Origin: Candidatus Eiseniibacteriota bacterium
GTDB lineage: Bacteria > Eisenbacteria > RBG-16-71-46 > CAVPCR01
Direction of reading: 5' to 3'
Assembly (NCBI GenBank): GCA_963702435.1
Contig: CAVPCR010000004.1
Span: forward strand, 544,001-608,000
Length of the DNA: 64,000 nucleotides
Shown here: one piece after another, positions 51,163 to 61,043 of the stretch
Layout of the letters: every line of letters starts with the position of its first letter
Position numbering within the stretch: the first letter of the stretch is position 1
Position numbers and translations under genes: made by a program
Notes under the pieces: generated by a model
Told to the model about the DNA's origin: nothing
What the model saw: the letters and a program-made list of their open reading frames with translations, nothing else
Database searches by the model: none

Positions 51163-52131
51163 ATGGACGCTCGGAACGTCATCATCATCGGATCCGGCCC
51201 GGCCGGCCTCACCGCGGCGCTCTACACGGCGCGCGCCAGTCTCGCCCCGCTCGTCCTCGAAGGAGCCACTGCCGGCGGGCAGCTCATGACGACGACCGAG
51301 GTCGAGAACTTCCCGGGCTTTCCGGCCGGCGTCCTCGGGCCGGTCCTCATGGACGACATGCGGAAGCAGGCCGAGCGCTTCGGCGCGGAGCTCCGGCGCA
51401 CCGACGTCGAAGGGGTGGACTTCTCGCGCCGGCCGTTCAAGGTGACCGCGGACGGTCAGGACCACTACGCGCGCGCGGTGATCATCTCGACCGGCGCCTC
51501 GCCGCGCCATCTCGGGCTTCCGAACGAGGCCAAGCTCACGGGGCGCGGGGTCTCGACCTGCGCCACCTGCGACGGCGCCTTCTTCCGCAACGAGGACATC
51601 GCGGTCGTCGGCGGCGGCGACTCGGCGATCGAGGAGGCCACTTTCCTCACCCGCTTCGGGAAGTCGGTCGTGCTCATCCATCGCCGGGAGGAGATGCGGG
51701 CCTCGAAGATCATGCAGGAGCGGGCCCAGAAGACGCCGAAGCTCTCCTTCCTCTGGAACTCGGTCGTCACCGGGCTCATCGAGGACAGCGGCAAGCTCGG
51801 CGGCCTCCAGGTCAAGAACGTGAAGACCGGCGAGGAGCGGAAGATCCCGATGGGTGGCCTGTTCGTCGCGATCGGCCACGTGCCCAACACGCAGATCTTC
51901 GCCGGCAAGGTCGAGCTCGACGACCAGGGCTATGTCCTCACGCGGCGCGGCACCGCGACCAACGTGGACGGCGTCTTCGCGTCCGGCGACTGCGTCGATC
52001 ACGTCTACCGGCAGGCGATCACCGCCGCCGGCATGGGCTGCCAGTCGGCCATCGACGCCGAGCGCTGGCTCGCCGCGCACGAGCACGAGGCGGACGCGGT
52101 CGGGGCGGCAGCGCCCGGGAGCGGCCGCTGA
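51163..52131 (+). CDS. trxB: Thioredoxin reductase
   Basis: [37 protein letters not shown]. Confidence 0.97.
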   Translation: MDARNVIIIGSGPAGLTAALYTARASLAPLVLEGATAGGQLMTTTEVENFPGFPAGVLGPVLMDDMRKQAERFGAELRRTDVEGVDFSRRPFKVTADGQDHYARAVIISTGASPRHLGLPNEAKLTGRGVSTCATCDGAFFRNEDIAVVGGGDSAIEEATFLTRFGKSVVLIHRREEMRASKIMQERAQKTPKLSFLWNSVVTGLIEDSGKLGGLQVKNVKTGEERKIPMGGLFVAIGHVPNTQIFAGKVELDDQGYVLTRRGTATNVDGVFASGDCVDHVYRQAITAAGMGCQSAIDAERWLAAHEHEADAVGAAAPGSGR

Positions 52132-52162
52132 CCGCCGGCGGCCGGATGGACGGGTCGGGTCC

Positions 52163-52927
52163 GTGAGCGAAACGCGGCCGGCGGTGCCGGGTGTCCTGCG
52201 CACCGCCTCGATCCTCATCGTCGGTGACGAGATCCTGAGCGGCGAGGTGGCCGACGAGAACGCCGCCTACATCGCCCGCCGCCTGACCGCGCTCGGGCTC
52301 AAGGTGTGCGCGATCCGGGTCGTGCCCGATCAGATGCCCGCGATCATCGCCGCGCTCGCCGAAGGGCGGGCCGAGCACGATCTCGTCTTCGTCACCGGCG
52401 GCATCGGTCCGACCCACGACGATCTGACGCGGCAGGCGGTGGCGGCGGCGCTCGCCGTCGACTGCGAGCGCCATGCCGAGGCGGAGAGCCGGCTCCGCGC
52501 CGGCTACGGCCACGTGATCACCGACTCCGAGCTCGCGATGGCCGATCTACCGCGCGGCTCGCATCTCCTCCTCGGCACGCGCACGGGTGCCTTCGGCTTC
52601 GGCGTCGGGCCCTACCATGTGCTGCCGGGGATTCCGGCCCTCCTCCGCGACATCCTGGATCACCTGACCGCCGACTGGGCGCCGGCCGCCTACTTCCGCG
52701 ACGAGATCGTGACGCGGCTGCGCGAGGGGCATCTCGCCGACGGCCTGCGCGCGATCCAGGACGCCGTCCCGGCGGTGGCCATCGGCTCCTATCCGGTGAA
52801 GACTGCCGACGGATATCGCGTGCGCATCGTGCTCCGCGCGCGCGACGAGGCGAGCCTCGCCCGCGTGCGCGGACAGGTGAGCGCGCTCATCGCCGCCGCC
52901 GAGTCGGGGACCGCGCTGCCGGGGTGA
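52163..52927 (+). CDS. CinA N-terminal-like (MoCF domain) protein
   Basis: VGDEILSG..DEN, TGGIGPTHDDLT, LPGIP, IGSYP. Confidence 0.85.
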   Translation: MSETRPAVPGVLRTASILIVGDEILSGEVADENAAYIARRLTALGLKVCAIRVVPDQMPAIIAALAEGRAEHDLVFVTGGIGPTHDDLTRQAVAAALAVDCERHAEAESRLRAGYGHVITDSELAMADLPRGSHLLLGTRTGAFGFGVGPYHVLPGIPALLRDILDHLTADWAPAAYFRDEIVTRLREGHLADGLRAIQDAVPAVAIGSYPVKTADGYRVRIVLRARDEASLARVRGQVSALIAAAESGTALPG

Positions 52928-53065
52928 GCTTCGCGCCATGGGGGAGCTCGACCTCGCGGTGTTTCGGGCCGAGCGGCTCCGCCGCCGGCCGTCTCGAGCG
53001 AGCGCGCGCCGCGGGACAGGAGTGGCTCCGCGCGCGCGAATAGACTTCGCGCGCGCGGCCGGTGA

Positions 53066-53497
53066 TCACTCGGTCTTGGCCTCGTCGCCAAAGAGCTCCT
53101 GTGCCTTCTGGCGCAGGCGCTCCTTCGCCGATTCGACGTCCCGGAGCGCGTCGCGCAGCCGCTCGAGCTCATCGGCCCGCATCTTGAGCCCCTCGCGGAT
53201 GAAGAGCGCGGCCGCCTCCGAGCGGCTCTTGACTGCACCCGTCTCCACCCAGGCATCGAGCGCCTGGCTCGTCTTCTCATCCACGCGTACCATGACCACC
53301 TGGTCGCGCGGGTTCTTCTCCATCTCGCGGACCGACTCGCGGAGTCCCGGTGCGACGCAGACGACCTTGATGCGCGTCGGGCCGTCAGTCTCGGTCGAGG
53401 TCTCGAGATTCCCGGTCATGTCGATGTCGATCCCCTTGGCGCGGAGCTTCTCCTGCACCATCTTGAGGATGCTCGCGACGTCCTTGACGTCGCCCAT
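53066..53497 (-). CDS. Ribbon-helix-helix (CopG-like) domain protein with coiled-coil tail
   Basis: VVMVRVDEKTSQALDAWVETGAVKSRSEAAALFIREGL. Confidence 0.7.
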   Translation of the reverse strand: MGDVKDVASILKMVQEKLRAKGIDIDMTGNLETSTETDGPTRIKVVCVAPGLRESVREMEKNPRDQVVMVRVDEKTSQALDAWVETGAVKSRSEAAALFIREGLKMRADELERLRDALRDVESAKERLRQKAQELFGDEAKTE

Positions 53498-53498
53498 G

Positions 53499-53705
53499 TC
53501 AGCAGCACTCCCCGGCGCCGTGGCGCTGGCGGCCGCCCAGGTCGAGGCAGATGCACACCCGGGCCGGGCTCTTGTCTCCGGCAACGAGCACCTCCTCGGG
53601 CGGAGTCGTGCAGCAGGCGAGGTCGCCCCTCTCGGACTTGCTCTCGATACTCCGGAGAGCGTCGACGATCGCCGCGGCCACCTTGCTGAGCTTCTCTTCG
53701 GTCAT
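53499..53705 (-). CDS. Small Cys-rich protein (68 aa; CC, CxC, C-terminal CC)
   Basis: GGGAGG RBS; stop lies 1 nt before the RHH gene start. Confidence 0.6.
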   Translation of the reverse strand: MTEEKLSKVAAAIVDALRSIESKSERGDLACCTTPPEEVLVAGDKSPARVCICLDLGGRQRHGAGECC

Positions 53706-53758
53706 GGCTACCTGTACCTCCCTTCTGCTGAGCGTTGGATTACCGATACGCATTACAG

Positions 53759-53787
53759 ATTACGCTAAGCGCAGGTGGGAGGTTTCA
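53759..53787 (-). promoter_or_regulatory. Candidate ECF-sigma promoter
   Basis: Minus strand TGAAAC-N17-CGTAAT, followed by GTAAT repeats. Confidence 0.45.
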
Positions 53788-53842
53788 CTTTCTCCAGAAG
53801 CCGGTCGAGTTCTTCAAGTATTTATTTAACAGTTACTTGCAG

Positions 53843-54325
53843 TCACACATCGGGAGCGACGCGCTTCCGGAGGTAGACGATGTCGGCTCCGGTCTCGTAG
53901 CCGGCGCCTCGGAAGAGGGAGAGGGAGGCATCGTTCGCCCCCTCCACGAGGGCGGCGACGATCAGGGCCCCGCGAGCCATGAGGCGCTCCTCGACCGCCG
54001 CGAGGAGGCGGGCAGCGAGCCCGCGCCGGCGGCAGCGGGGATCGACCGCGAGGCGGTTCACCCAGCCCTTCTGGCGGCCGTCGATCGAGCCGAGCACGGT
54101 CCCGACGAGCTCGCCTTCGTACTGGGCGCCGAGGAAGAGGTCGCCTGCCGCCGCGATCTGCGCGGCGAGCGCGTCCGGGCGATCGCGACCGGCGGGGCGA
54201 TGCGGGAGCCCGGCGGCGCGCCACAGGGCGAGGATCGCATCGACGTCCGTGGCCGCAAGCGGGCGGATCGCGATCGCGGGCGCGCCCGCCGGCGCCGGTC
54301 GGTCTCTGCGACCGGTCCCGCTCAC
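53843..54325 (-). CDS. GNAT family N-acetyltransferase
   Basis: GWVNRLAVDPRCRRRGLA, NDASLSLFRGAGY; GTGA overlap with upstream gene. Confidence 0.85.
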   Translation of the reverse strand: MSGTGRRDRPAPAGAPAIAIRPLAATDVDAILALWRAAGLPHRPAGRDRPDALAAQIAAAGDLFLGAQYEGELVGTVLGSIDGRQKGWVNRLAVDPRCRRRGLAARLLAAVEERLMARGALIVAALVEGANDASLSLFRGAGYETGADIVYLRKRVAPDV

Positions 54326-55395
54326 TCGACCCAATCGGCGATGAAGATGTTGGTCTCGTGCGTCGCCTGGCTCGTCCGGTTCGAGCCCCACACGAGCCGC
54401 TTCCCGTCCGGGCTCCACATCGGGAAGCCGTCGAAGGCTGGCGCGGTCGTCACCCGCTCGAGACCGCTGCCGTCCGCATTGATCATGTAGAGGTCGAACT
54501 CGCGGGACTTGGGGTCGTCCATGTTCGACGAGAAGATGATCTTCTTCCCGTCCGGGCTCATGAACGGACAGAAGTTCGCCTTGCCGTTCTGTGTGAGCTG
54601 CTTCTTGCCGCTGCCGTCGGCGTTCATGATGCAGATCTCGAGCGTGGTCGGCCGGATCAGCCCGTCGGCCATGAGCTCCTTGAAGTCGGCGATCTTCTCG
54701 GGCTCGGCCGGATGGTGCGATCGGTAGACGATCTGCTTTCCGTCGGCCGAGAAGAAGGCGCCACCGTCGTAGCCGATCTCGGTCGTGAGCCGGCGTACGT
54801 TCTTGCCGTCCGGCGACATGGTGTAGAGATCGAGATCGCCGTCGCGCACCGAGGTGAAGACGATGGTGCCGTCGGGACCGACCGTGGCCTCGGCGTCGTA
54901 GCCGGGAGTGTCGGTCAGGCGCTGCAGGCCCGAGCCGTCCGGGGCGCAGGTGAAGAGATCGTAGCCGTGGTAGATCGGCCACACGTAGCCCCGGGAGAAG
55001 TCCGGGGTCGGCGGGCAGGCAGGGTCCGCGAGATGGGTCGATGCATAGATGATCCGCTTCCCGTCAGGCATGAAGTAGGAGCAGGTCGTGCGCCCGCGCC
55101 CGGTCGAGGCCAGGCGGAGTTCGCTGCCGTCCGTCTTCATCGTGAAGATCTGATCGCAGCGGATCGAGTCGCGAGTCGACTGGAAGACGAGCCACTTCCC
55201 GTCGAAGGAGAAATAGGCCTCGGCGTTCTCGCCGCCGAAGGTGAGCTGGCGGATGTTGGCGAGGTGGCGCTCGCCCGGGTAGGGGCCGAGCTGGTCCGTG
55301 GCCGGGGCGGCGGGCGGGTCGGCGGCGAGAGCCGCCACCGGCCACAGAACGATCGTCGCGAGGAGAGCTGCGCTCAGGCGCAGGAAGTGACTCAT
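54322..55395 (-). CDS. Secreted TolB-like beta-propeller (PD40 repeats)
   Basis: Signal peptide; QLTFGGENAEAYFSFDG, GYDAEAT, GYDGGAFFSADG, FDGFPMWSPDG. Confidence 0.9.
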   Translation of the reverse strand: MSHFLRLSAALLATIVLWPVAALAADPPAAPATDQLGPYPGERHLANIRQLTFGGENAEAYFSFDGKWLVFQSTRDSIRCDQIFTMKTDGSELRLASTGRGRTTCSYFMPDGKRIIYASTHLADPACPPTPDFSRGYVWPIYHGYDLFTCAPDGSGLQRLTDTPGYDAEATVGPDGTIVFTSVRDGDLDLYTMSPDGKNVRRLTTEIGYDGGAFFSADGKQIVYRSHHPAEPEKIADFKELMADGLIRPTTLEICIMNADGSGKKQLTQNGKANFCPFMSPDGKKIIFSSNMDDPKSREFDLYMINADGSGLERVTTAPAFDGFPMWSPDGKRLVWGSNRTSQATHETNIFIADWVE

Positions 55396-56326
55396 GCCGA
55401 TGGCTCCTTGTTCGGTTGGGCGGCCGGCGATCTGCCGACCGCATCCACCGACGCGCGCAAGGCGGCGATGTGGGCGGGCGTCGTGCCGCAGCAGCCGCCG
55501 ACGATCTGCGCTCCGGCCAGCACCCAGGCGGCGGCGCACCGCCCGAACTCGGCGGGCGTCAGGGCGGCTCCCGGCTCCCGGCCGCCGGGCTCCGGGTAGC
55601 CGATGTTGGCATAAGCTCCGACCGGCGTCGAGCCGGCCAGGGCGCGGAGCGCGACGAGGACCCGCCCGATCACCTCGACCGGGGTGCAGTTGACGAGGAC
55701 GGCCGCGGGGCCGGCGGCGAGGAGCGCCGGGACGAAGGTCGCGAGCGGCTCGCCGTCGAAGAGGTCGGCGTTCGCACCGGCGATGAAGCTCGCGAGCACC
55801 GGGAGCCCGGTGGCCCGCGCCGCCCCGACCGCGGCCACCGCTTCGCGCCGGGTGTTCATGGTCTCGATGAGGAGCGCATCCACGCCGGCGCGGGCCAGGT
55901 TCTCGGCATGCGCGGCGTGCTCGCGGTCGAGTGCGGCGGCGTCGGGGACGAGATCGGGACGGTAGCAGTCCTCGAGCGGCGCCATCGAGCCGAGGACGAA
56001 CACGTGGCGCTCGCCGGGCGCTTCCCGCGCCGCAGTGCGCGCGAGTTCGACGGCGAGCGCGGTCAGCTCGGCGGCGCGCCCCCCCCGCCGGCCGGCGCCA
56101 GCGCGCGGCGCGTGGTGCGGAAGGTGGCGGTGGTCAGACCATCGGCGCCCGCGGCCACGTACTCGCGATGGATCGCGAGCACCGCGGCGGGCGCCCGGAG
56201 GAGCGCGCTCGCGGTCCAGGCGGGAAGCGGAGTCGCCACCCCGCGCCGCTCGAGCTCGGTGCCCATCGCCCCATCGAGGACCAGCGCCCGCCCGGCGGCG
56301 AGTCGTGCGGCGAACGTTCCCGCCAT
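55392..56326 (-). CDS. Homocysteine S-methyltransferase family protein (frameshift at or near a G8 run, 56079-56086)
   Basis: LDGAMGTEL, HREYVAAGA in one frame; GSMAP, LIETM, VNC, YAN, GGCCGTTPAHI in another. Confidence 0.85.
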
Positions 56327-56334
56327 CCCGGTCC

Positions 56335-58224
56335 TCACTCCTCGGGCGAGGTCCCCTCGTACATGGCGTCGATCACCGCCTTGAACTTCTCGCTGATCGC
56401 CTTCCGCTTGAGCTTCAAGGTCGGCGTGAGCTCGCCCTCCGCCACCGAGAAATCGTGATCGATGAGCGCGATGCGTTTGATCCGCTCGTGGGGCGCGAAC
56501 TCCCTGGCCACCTGGTCCACCTCGGCCTTGACGCGGGCGATGAGCCGGGCGTCGCGACAGAGCGTCGCATCCTCGGCGGCGCTCACGCCCATGCGCTCCG
56601 CCTCGGCGCGGAGCGCGGTGAAGTCGGGCACGATGAGCGCGGTCGGGAACTTGCGCTGGTCGGCGATCATGATCACTTCGGAGATGAGCGGGCTCTGCTT
56701 CAGCCGGTTCTCGATCGGGGCCGGGGAGATGTTCTTGCCGGTCGCGGAGATGATGATGTCCTTCTTGCGGTCGGTGATCGAGAGGAAGCCGTCGGCGTCG
56801 AACACGCCGATGTCCCCGGTGTGGAACCAGCCGTCCGGGTCGATCACCTCGCGGGTGGCGAGATCGTCGCGCCAGTAGCCGCGCATGACGTGAGGGCCGC
56901 GCGTCAGGATCTCGCCGTCGTCGGCGAGGCGGACCTCGATCCCGGGGACGGTCTTCCCGACCGTGCCGAGACGAAGATGGCGGAGCGTGTTGACCGCGAT
57001 CACCGGCGACGTCTCGGTGAGCCCGTAGCCCTCGAGCACGCAGAGCCCGCACGAGTGGAAGAAGCGCGCCACCGGCGGCGGCAACGGGGCGCCGCCCGTG
57101 ATCAGGAGGCGCGCCCGACCGCCGAAGCGCGCCTGCACCTTCTTCCAGACGAGCCGTTCGGCGAGCGCGCACTGGAGGGCGAGGAGCGGATCGCGGGAGC
57201 GGCCCGCCATCCGGCGCTCGGCCGCCCGCCAGCCCACGTCGAGCGCCCAGCGGAAGAGCCGGCGCCGCTGTTCCGGCATCTTGGCGAGCATGACCATCAT
57301 GCGGCTGTAGGCCTTCTCGTAGAGCCGCGGCACGCCGACCAGCATGGTAGGTCGCACTTCCGGCAGGTCCTGCACCACAGTCTCCACCGACTCCGCGTAG
57401 GCGATCGTCGCGCCTTGGTGGAGCATGGCGAACTGCCCGCCCGTACGTTCGAGGACATGGCTGAGCGGCAGGAAGGACAGGCAGACGTCGCGCGGCCCGA
57501 AGTCCATGATCTCGACCAGCGAGCGCACGTTCGACAGAAGATTGCCGTGGCTCAGCATGACGCCCTTCGGCACGCCCGTCGTTCCCGAGGTGTAGATGAT
57601 GGTCGCCAGGTCGTTCGGCTGCGCCGCGAGCGCCAGCTCGCGATGGCGGTCGGGCGCGGTGCGTCCGAAGTCGTCGCCGCGCGCCATCAGGCCTTCGAAG
57701 GTGATCATGTGCGCGACCTCGCGCGTCGGCAATTCGAAGGGCACGACGTGCGCGAGATCCGGCAGCTGGCTCCGGATCTTCTCCACCTTCTCGAGCTGGG
57801 AGGCGGTCGAGACGAAGAGCACCTTCATCCCCGAGTTCTTGAGCTGGAACTCCATCTGGTGCGGGAGGAGCGTCGGGTACACGGGAACGCTGACTGCTCG
57901 CGCGGTGAGGATGGCGATGTCGGCGATCGCCCACTCGAGCCGGTTCTCGGAGAGGATGCCGATCCGGTCTCCGGGCGCGATGCCGAGTGAGAGGAGGCCG
58001 AGGCTCACCCGCTCGACCTGGCGCGCGAACTCGGCGTGCGACACATCCACCCAGCGGCGGTCGCGTTTGACGCGGAAGGCATCGGGCTTCCGGTAGCGCT
58101 CGACCGCGGCGAAGACGAGGTGGTTGAGGGTCGTCGCCGTGAGGAGCCGGTCCTGGTTCGCTCCTCGCCGGAGCTGGTTCGCGCCGCTCTGATCGTGGTT
58201 CGTGCCACTCTGGTCCTGGTTCAC
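56335..58224 (-). CDS. Long-chain fatty acid-CoA ligase (AMP-dependent synthetase)
   Basis: IYTSGTTGVPKG, FLPLSHVLER, EGYGLTETS, WFHTGD, DRKKD, TPTLKLKR. Confidence 0.94.
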   Translation of the reverse strand: MNQDQSGTNHDQSGANQLRRGANQDRLLTATTLNHLVFAAVERYRKPDAFRVKRDRRWVDVSHAEFARQVERVSLGLLSLGIAPGDRIGILSENRLEWAIADIAILTARAVSVPVYPTLLPHQMEFQLKNSGMKVLFVSTASQLEKVEKIRSQLPDLAHVVPFELPTREVAHMITFEGLMARGDDFGRTAPDRHRELALAAQPNDLATIIYTSGTTGVPKGVMLSHGNLLSNVRSLVEIMDFGPRDVCLSFLPLSHVLERTGGQFAMLHQGATIAYAESVETVVQDLPEVRPTMLVGVPRLYEKAYSRMMVMLAKMPEQRRRLFRWALDVGWRAAERRMAGRSRDPLLALQCALAERLVWKKVQARFGGRARLLITGGAPLPPPVARFFHSCGLCVLEGYGLTETSPVIAVNTLRHLRLGTVGKTVPGIEVRLADDGEILTRGPHVMRGYWRDDLATREVIDPDGWFHTGDIGVFDADGFLSITDRKKDIIISATGKNISPAPIENRLKQSPLISEVIMIADQRKFPTALIVPDFTALRAEAERMGVSAAEDATLCRDARLIARVKAEVDQVAREFAPHERIKRIALIDHDFSVAEGELTPTLKLKRKAISEKFKAVIDAMYEGTSPEE

Positions 58225-58415
58225 GCCTCGGTGGTACCACGGTCCCGGCGCCGGTGGCAAGGGCCGGGCGCGGGCCCCGGATCCGACCTCCGGATGGCGC
58301 CGGTCGCCGTTGACACCCGGGGGCCCATGGCCGAGAGTCCGCCCACCCTGCCCCCCGGCTGCCGGTGCCAGCGGAGCGTCGCGCAGCCCGACCGATCACC
58401 GCGGAGCCACGATCC

Positions 58416-58805
58416 TTGACCCGAGTCGAGTTGCCGCCCCCGGCGGAAGAAGGCATCCGCCTGTTCAACGCCGGCTACTTCTTCGAGGCCCACGATGCGC
58501 TCGAGGAGGTGTGGGTCGAGCGGATCGGGCCTGAGAAGACCTTCTACCAGGGGCTCATCCAGGTGGCGGCCGGCCTCTACAAGGCCGGGATGAAGAACCA
58601 GGGCGGCGCCGTGAGCCTGCTGCGGAAGGGTCTCGCCAAGCTGCGCGCGGTCGGTGATCTCGACACCCCCCTCGACCTCGAACGTCTGATCGGCGAGACG
58701 GCGGCGGTCGTCGCCGCGCTCGAGCGGTGCGGGCAGGCCGGGATCGAGGAGTTCGATCTCGGCACGGTGCCGCGCATCCACCGGCGGCCGGCGCCGGAGT
58801 CGTGA
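58416..58805 (+). CDS. DUF309 family protein (start uncertain)
   Basis: LFNAGYFFEAHDALEEVW, FYQGLIQVAAG. Confidence 0.88.
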   Translation: MTRVELPPPAEEGIRLFNAGYFFEAHDALEEVWVERIGPEKTFYQGLIQVAAGLYKAGMKNQGGAVSLLRKGLAKLRAVGDLDTPLDLERLIGETAAVVAALERCGQAGIEEFDLGTVPRIHRRPAPES

Positions 58806-58839
58806 CAGAAACGCCCGGACAGAGAGAGGAGACGATTCG

Positions 58840-59310
58840 ATGGCCACTCATCTCAAGGTCGGAGACAAGGCGCCCGACTTCGCGCTCAAGTCGCACCTCG
58901 ATACGGAAGTCAGGCTTGCCGATTTCGCCGGCAAGAAGCACGTGATCCTCGTCTTCTATCCGCTCGACTGGAGCCCCGTGTGCAGCGTTCAGATCCCCGA
59001 CTACCAGGCCAACTACGGCGAGTTCAAGCAGCACGGGGTCGAGATCGTCGGGGTGAGCCGCGACAGCCTCTACGCGCACAAGGCATGGAGCAAGGAGCTC
59101 GGCGGCGTCGATTTCCCGCTTCTCTCCGATGTGACCAACGACGTCGCCAGGAAGTACGGCGTGTTCATGGCCGACAAGGGGATCAACGGTCGAGCCATCT
59201 TCGTGATCGACAGGCAGGGTGTCATCCGGCGGATCCACGAGGAGGCCGAGCTCAAGGATCGGCGGACCGCCGACGAGCTCCTCGACATGGTGGCCGCACT
59301 CCCCAAGTGA
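58840..59310 (+). CDS. Peroxiredoxin (AhpC/TSA family, single Cys, AhpE-like)
   Basis: VGDKAPDF, FYPLDWSPVC, FPLLSD, RAIFVID. Confidence 0.9.
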   Translation: MATHLKVGDKAPDFALKSHLDTEVRLADFAGKKHVILVFYPLDWSPVCSVQIPDYQANYGEFKQHGVEIVGVSRDSLYAHKAWSKELGGVDFPLLSDVTNDVARKYGVFMADKGINGRAIFVIDRQGVIRRIHEEAELKDRRTADELLDMVAALPK

Positions 59311-59425
59311 GCGCGCCGCACGTGCGCTCGCATTCGCTTCTCAACCGCCGCTCGCGCGCCGGGATTCACCGCTGCCGCGGGCGGCGGTTGTGCATTCCGC
59401 CGCGACTCACTAGTCTCGGCGTCCG

Positions 59426-60790
59426 GTGAAACCCGAGGTCCTCAAGCGCGCGCTCCGTTTCTCCGTCCTCGACGGCTGCGCCTATGCGTTCATGGCGGGC
59501 GGCGCCGAGTCCTACCTCACCGCCTTTGCCGTACACCTCGGGGTGCCGGCGTTCCAGGTCGGCCTCCTCTCCGCGGTGCCGCAGCTCGTCGGCTCCGGGG
59601 CGCAGCTCGGGACGCCGGCCGGCGTCCGCCTCGTGCGCGGGCTCAAGCGCTGGGTCGTCGGGCTCGCCGCCCTGCAGGCGCTCGTCCTCGCCGCGGTGGC
59701 GCTCGTGCCCCGGTTCGGCGGCGACGCGTTCCTGCCGCTCCTCCTCCTCCTCACGAGCTACTGGACGGTGGTCATCGCCATCGGTCCGGCCTGGACGCAC
59801 TGGATGGCGCTCCTCGTCCCGGCCGCGTTCCGCTCCGCCTACTTCGCGCGGCGGAACCGCTGGGTGCACATCTGCATGTTCGCCGGGCTGGCCGGCGCCG
59901 GGATCGTCCTCCAGCGGACGGCCAGTCTCGGCATCGCCACCGCCGGGTTCATCGCCATCATCCTCTTCGGCGCCGCCATGCGGGTCGTCTCCACGGTCTT
60001 TCTCGGGCTCCAGGCCGGCCCGCCGGCGCGCGAGCTCAAACGCGCCGAGAGCTTCACCGTCTTTCTTAAAAATCTGCGCCAGCGGCGAGAATTTCGTCTC
60101 TTACCCTTCCTGTGGACGATGAACTTCGCGGTGGCGATCGGCGCGCCGTACTTCGTCCCCTACATGCTCAAGGACCTCGGTCTCTCGTACTGGATGTTCA
60201 TGGTCATCAACGGGACCGCGTTCCTCACCAAGTCGCTGACCATGGGCCTGTGGGCCCGGATGGCGCGCCGCCTCGGCGCGCGGCGGACCTTCGCGCTCGC
60301 CGCGCTCCTCATCTCGCCGGGGCCCGCCCTGTGGGCGATCTCCGGGGCGCCGCTCTACCTCTGCTCGCTCCAGGTGCTGGCCGGGTTCGCCTGGGCCGGG
60401 TTCGAGCTCTGCCAGCTCCTTCTCTTCTATGAACTGGTCGAGGAGGAACGGCTCTCCGACGTCTTCAGCTATCACAGCCTCGTCAACGGCTTTGTCATGC
60501 TCGCCGGCACCGCGATCGGAGGCTGGGTGCTCGCACATCCGGTCCTGCTCGACGGCTATCTCCAGATCTTCATCCTGTCGACGCTCGTGCGCGTCTTCCC
60601 GATCATCACCATCTTCCCGACGCTCCGCGGTCTCGCCATCCGCCACGTGAAGCCGCTCCTCCCGGAGATCCGGGTCGCCGGCTTCGTGCCCGAGATCGGC
60701 AGCCGCATCTTCCCGCTCTGGTTCCGCGAGGGGAGGAAGCGCCGCGCGCTCCGGCGGAAGCGCACGCGGCGCGCGCGGCCGGAAGAGTAG
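59426..60790 (+). CDS. MFS transporter
   Basis: About 12 TM segments; YFARRNR, PYFVPYMLKDLGLSY. Confidence 0.85.
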   Translation: MKPEVLKRALRFSVLDGCAYAFMAGGAESYLTAFAVHLGVPAFQVGLLSAVPQLVGSGAQLGTPAGVRLVRGLKRWVVGLAALQALVLAAVALVPRFGGDAFLPLLLLLTSYWTVVIAIGPAWTHWMALLVPAAFRSAYFARRNRWVHICMFAGLAGAGIVLQRTASLGIATAGFIAIILFGAAMRVVSTVFLGLQAGPPARELKRAESFTVFLKNLRQRREFRLLPFLWTMNFAVAIGAPYFVPYMLKDLGLSYWMFMVINGTAFLTKSLTMGLWARMARRLGARRTFALAALLISPGPALWAISGAPLYLCSLQVLAGFAWAGFELCQLLLFYELVEEERLSDVFSYHSLVNGFVMLAGTAIGGWVLAHPVLLDGYLQIFILSTLVRVFPIITIFPTLRGLAIRHVKPLLPEIRVAGFVPEIGSRIFPLWFREGRKRRALRRKRTRRARPEE

Positions 60791-60928
60791 TCCGGCGCTC
60801 CTGCGCGCTCCGCCGCCGGCTGGGTCAACGCGCGATGCGGCCGGGTCACTCCTCCCAGTTTGCTCCCGCGCCGCGCAGGGCGGCGCGCGCAAGTGCTTGT
60901 CACTGCGCTCGGCCTTCGCTGTTCCAGC

Positions 60929-60945
60929 CTGGCACGGCGGGTGCA
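60929..60945 (+). promoter_or_regulatory. Sigma54 promoter
   Basis: CTGGCACGGCGGGTGCA: perfect TGGCACG -24 box and GC at the correct spacing. Confidence 0.62.
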
Positions 60946-61043
60946 CAGAGTGGTTCGCGAGGACGCACAGCGTTCGCTCGAGCGCACACGGTCACGGGGA
61001 CCGGGCGCCCGGCGCGACCGCTTTGTGCGCCGGCACCACCTGG

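Noticed and set aside
53495..53501. Selenocysteine read-through joining the Cys-rich ORF to the RHH gene
   Set aside because: The downstream ATG is out of frame by one base.
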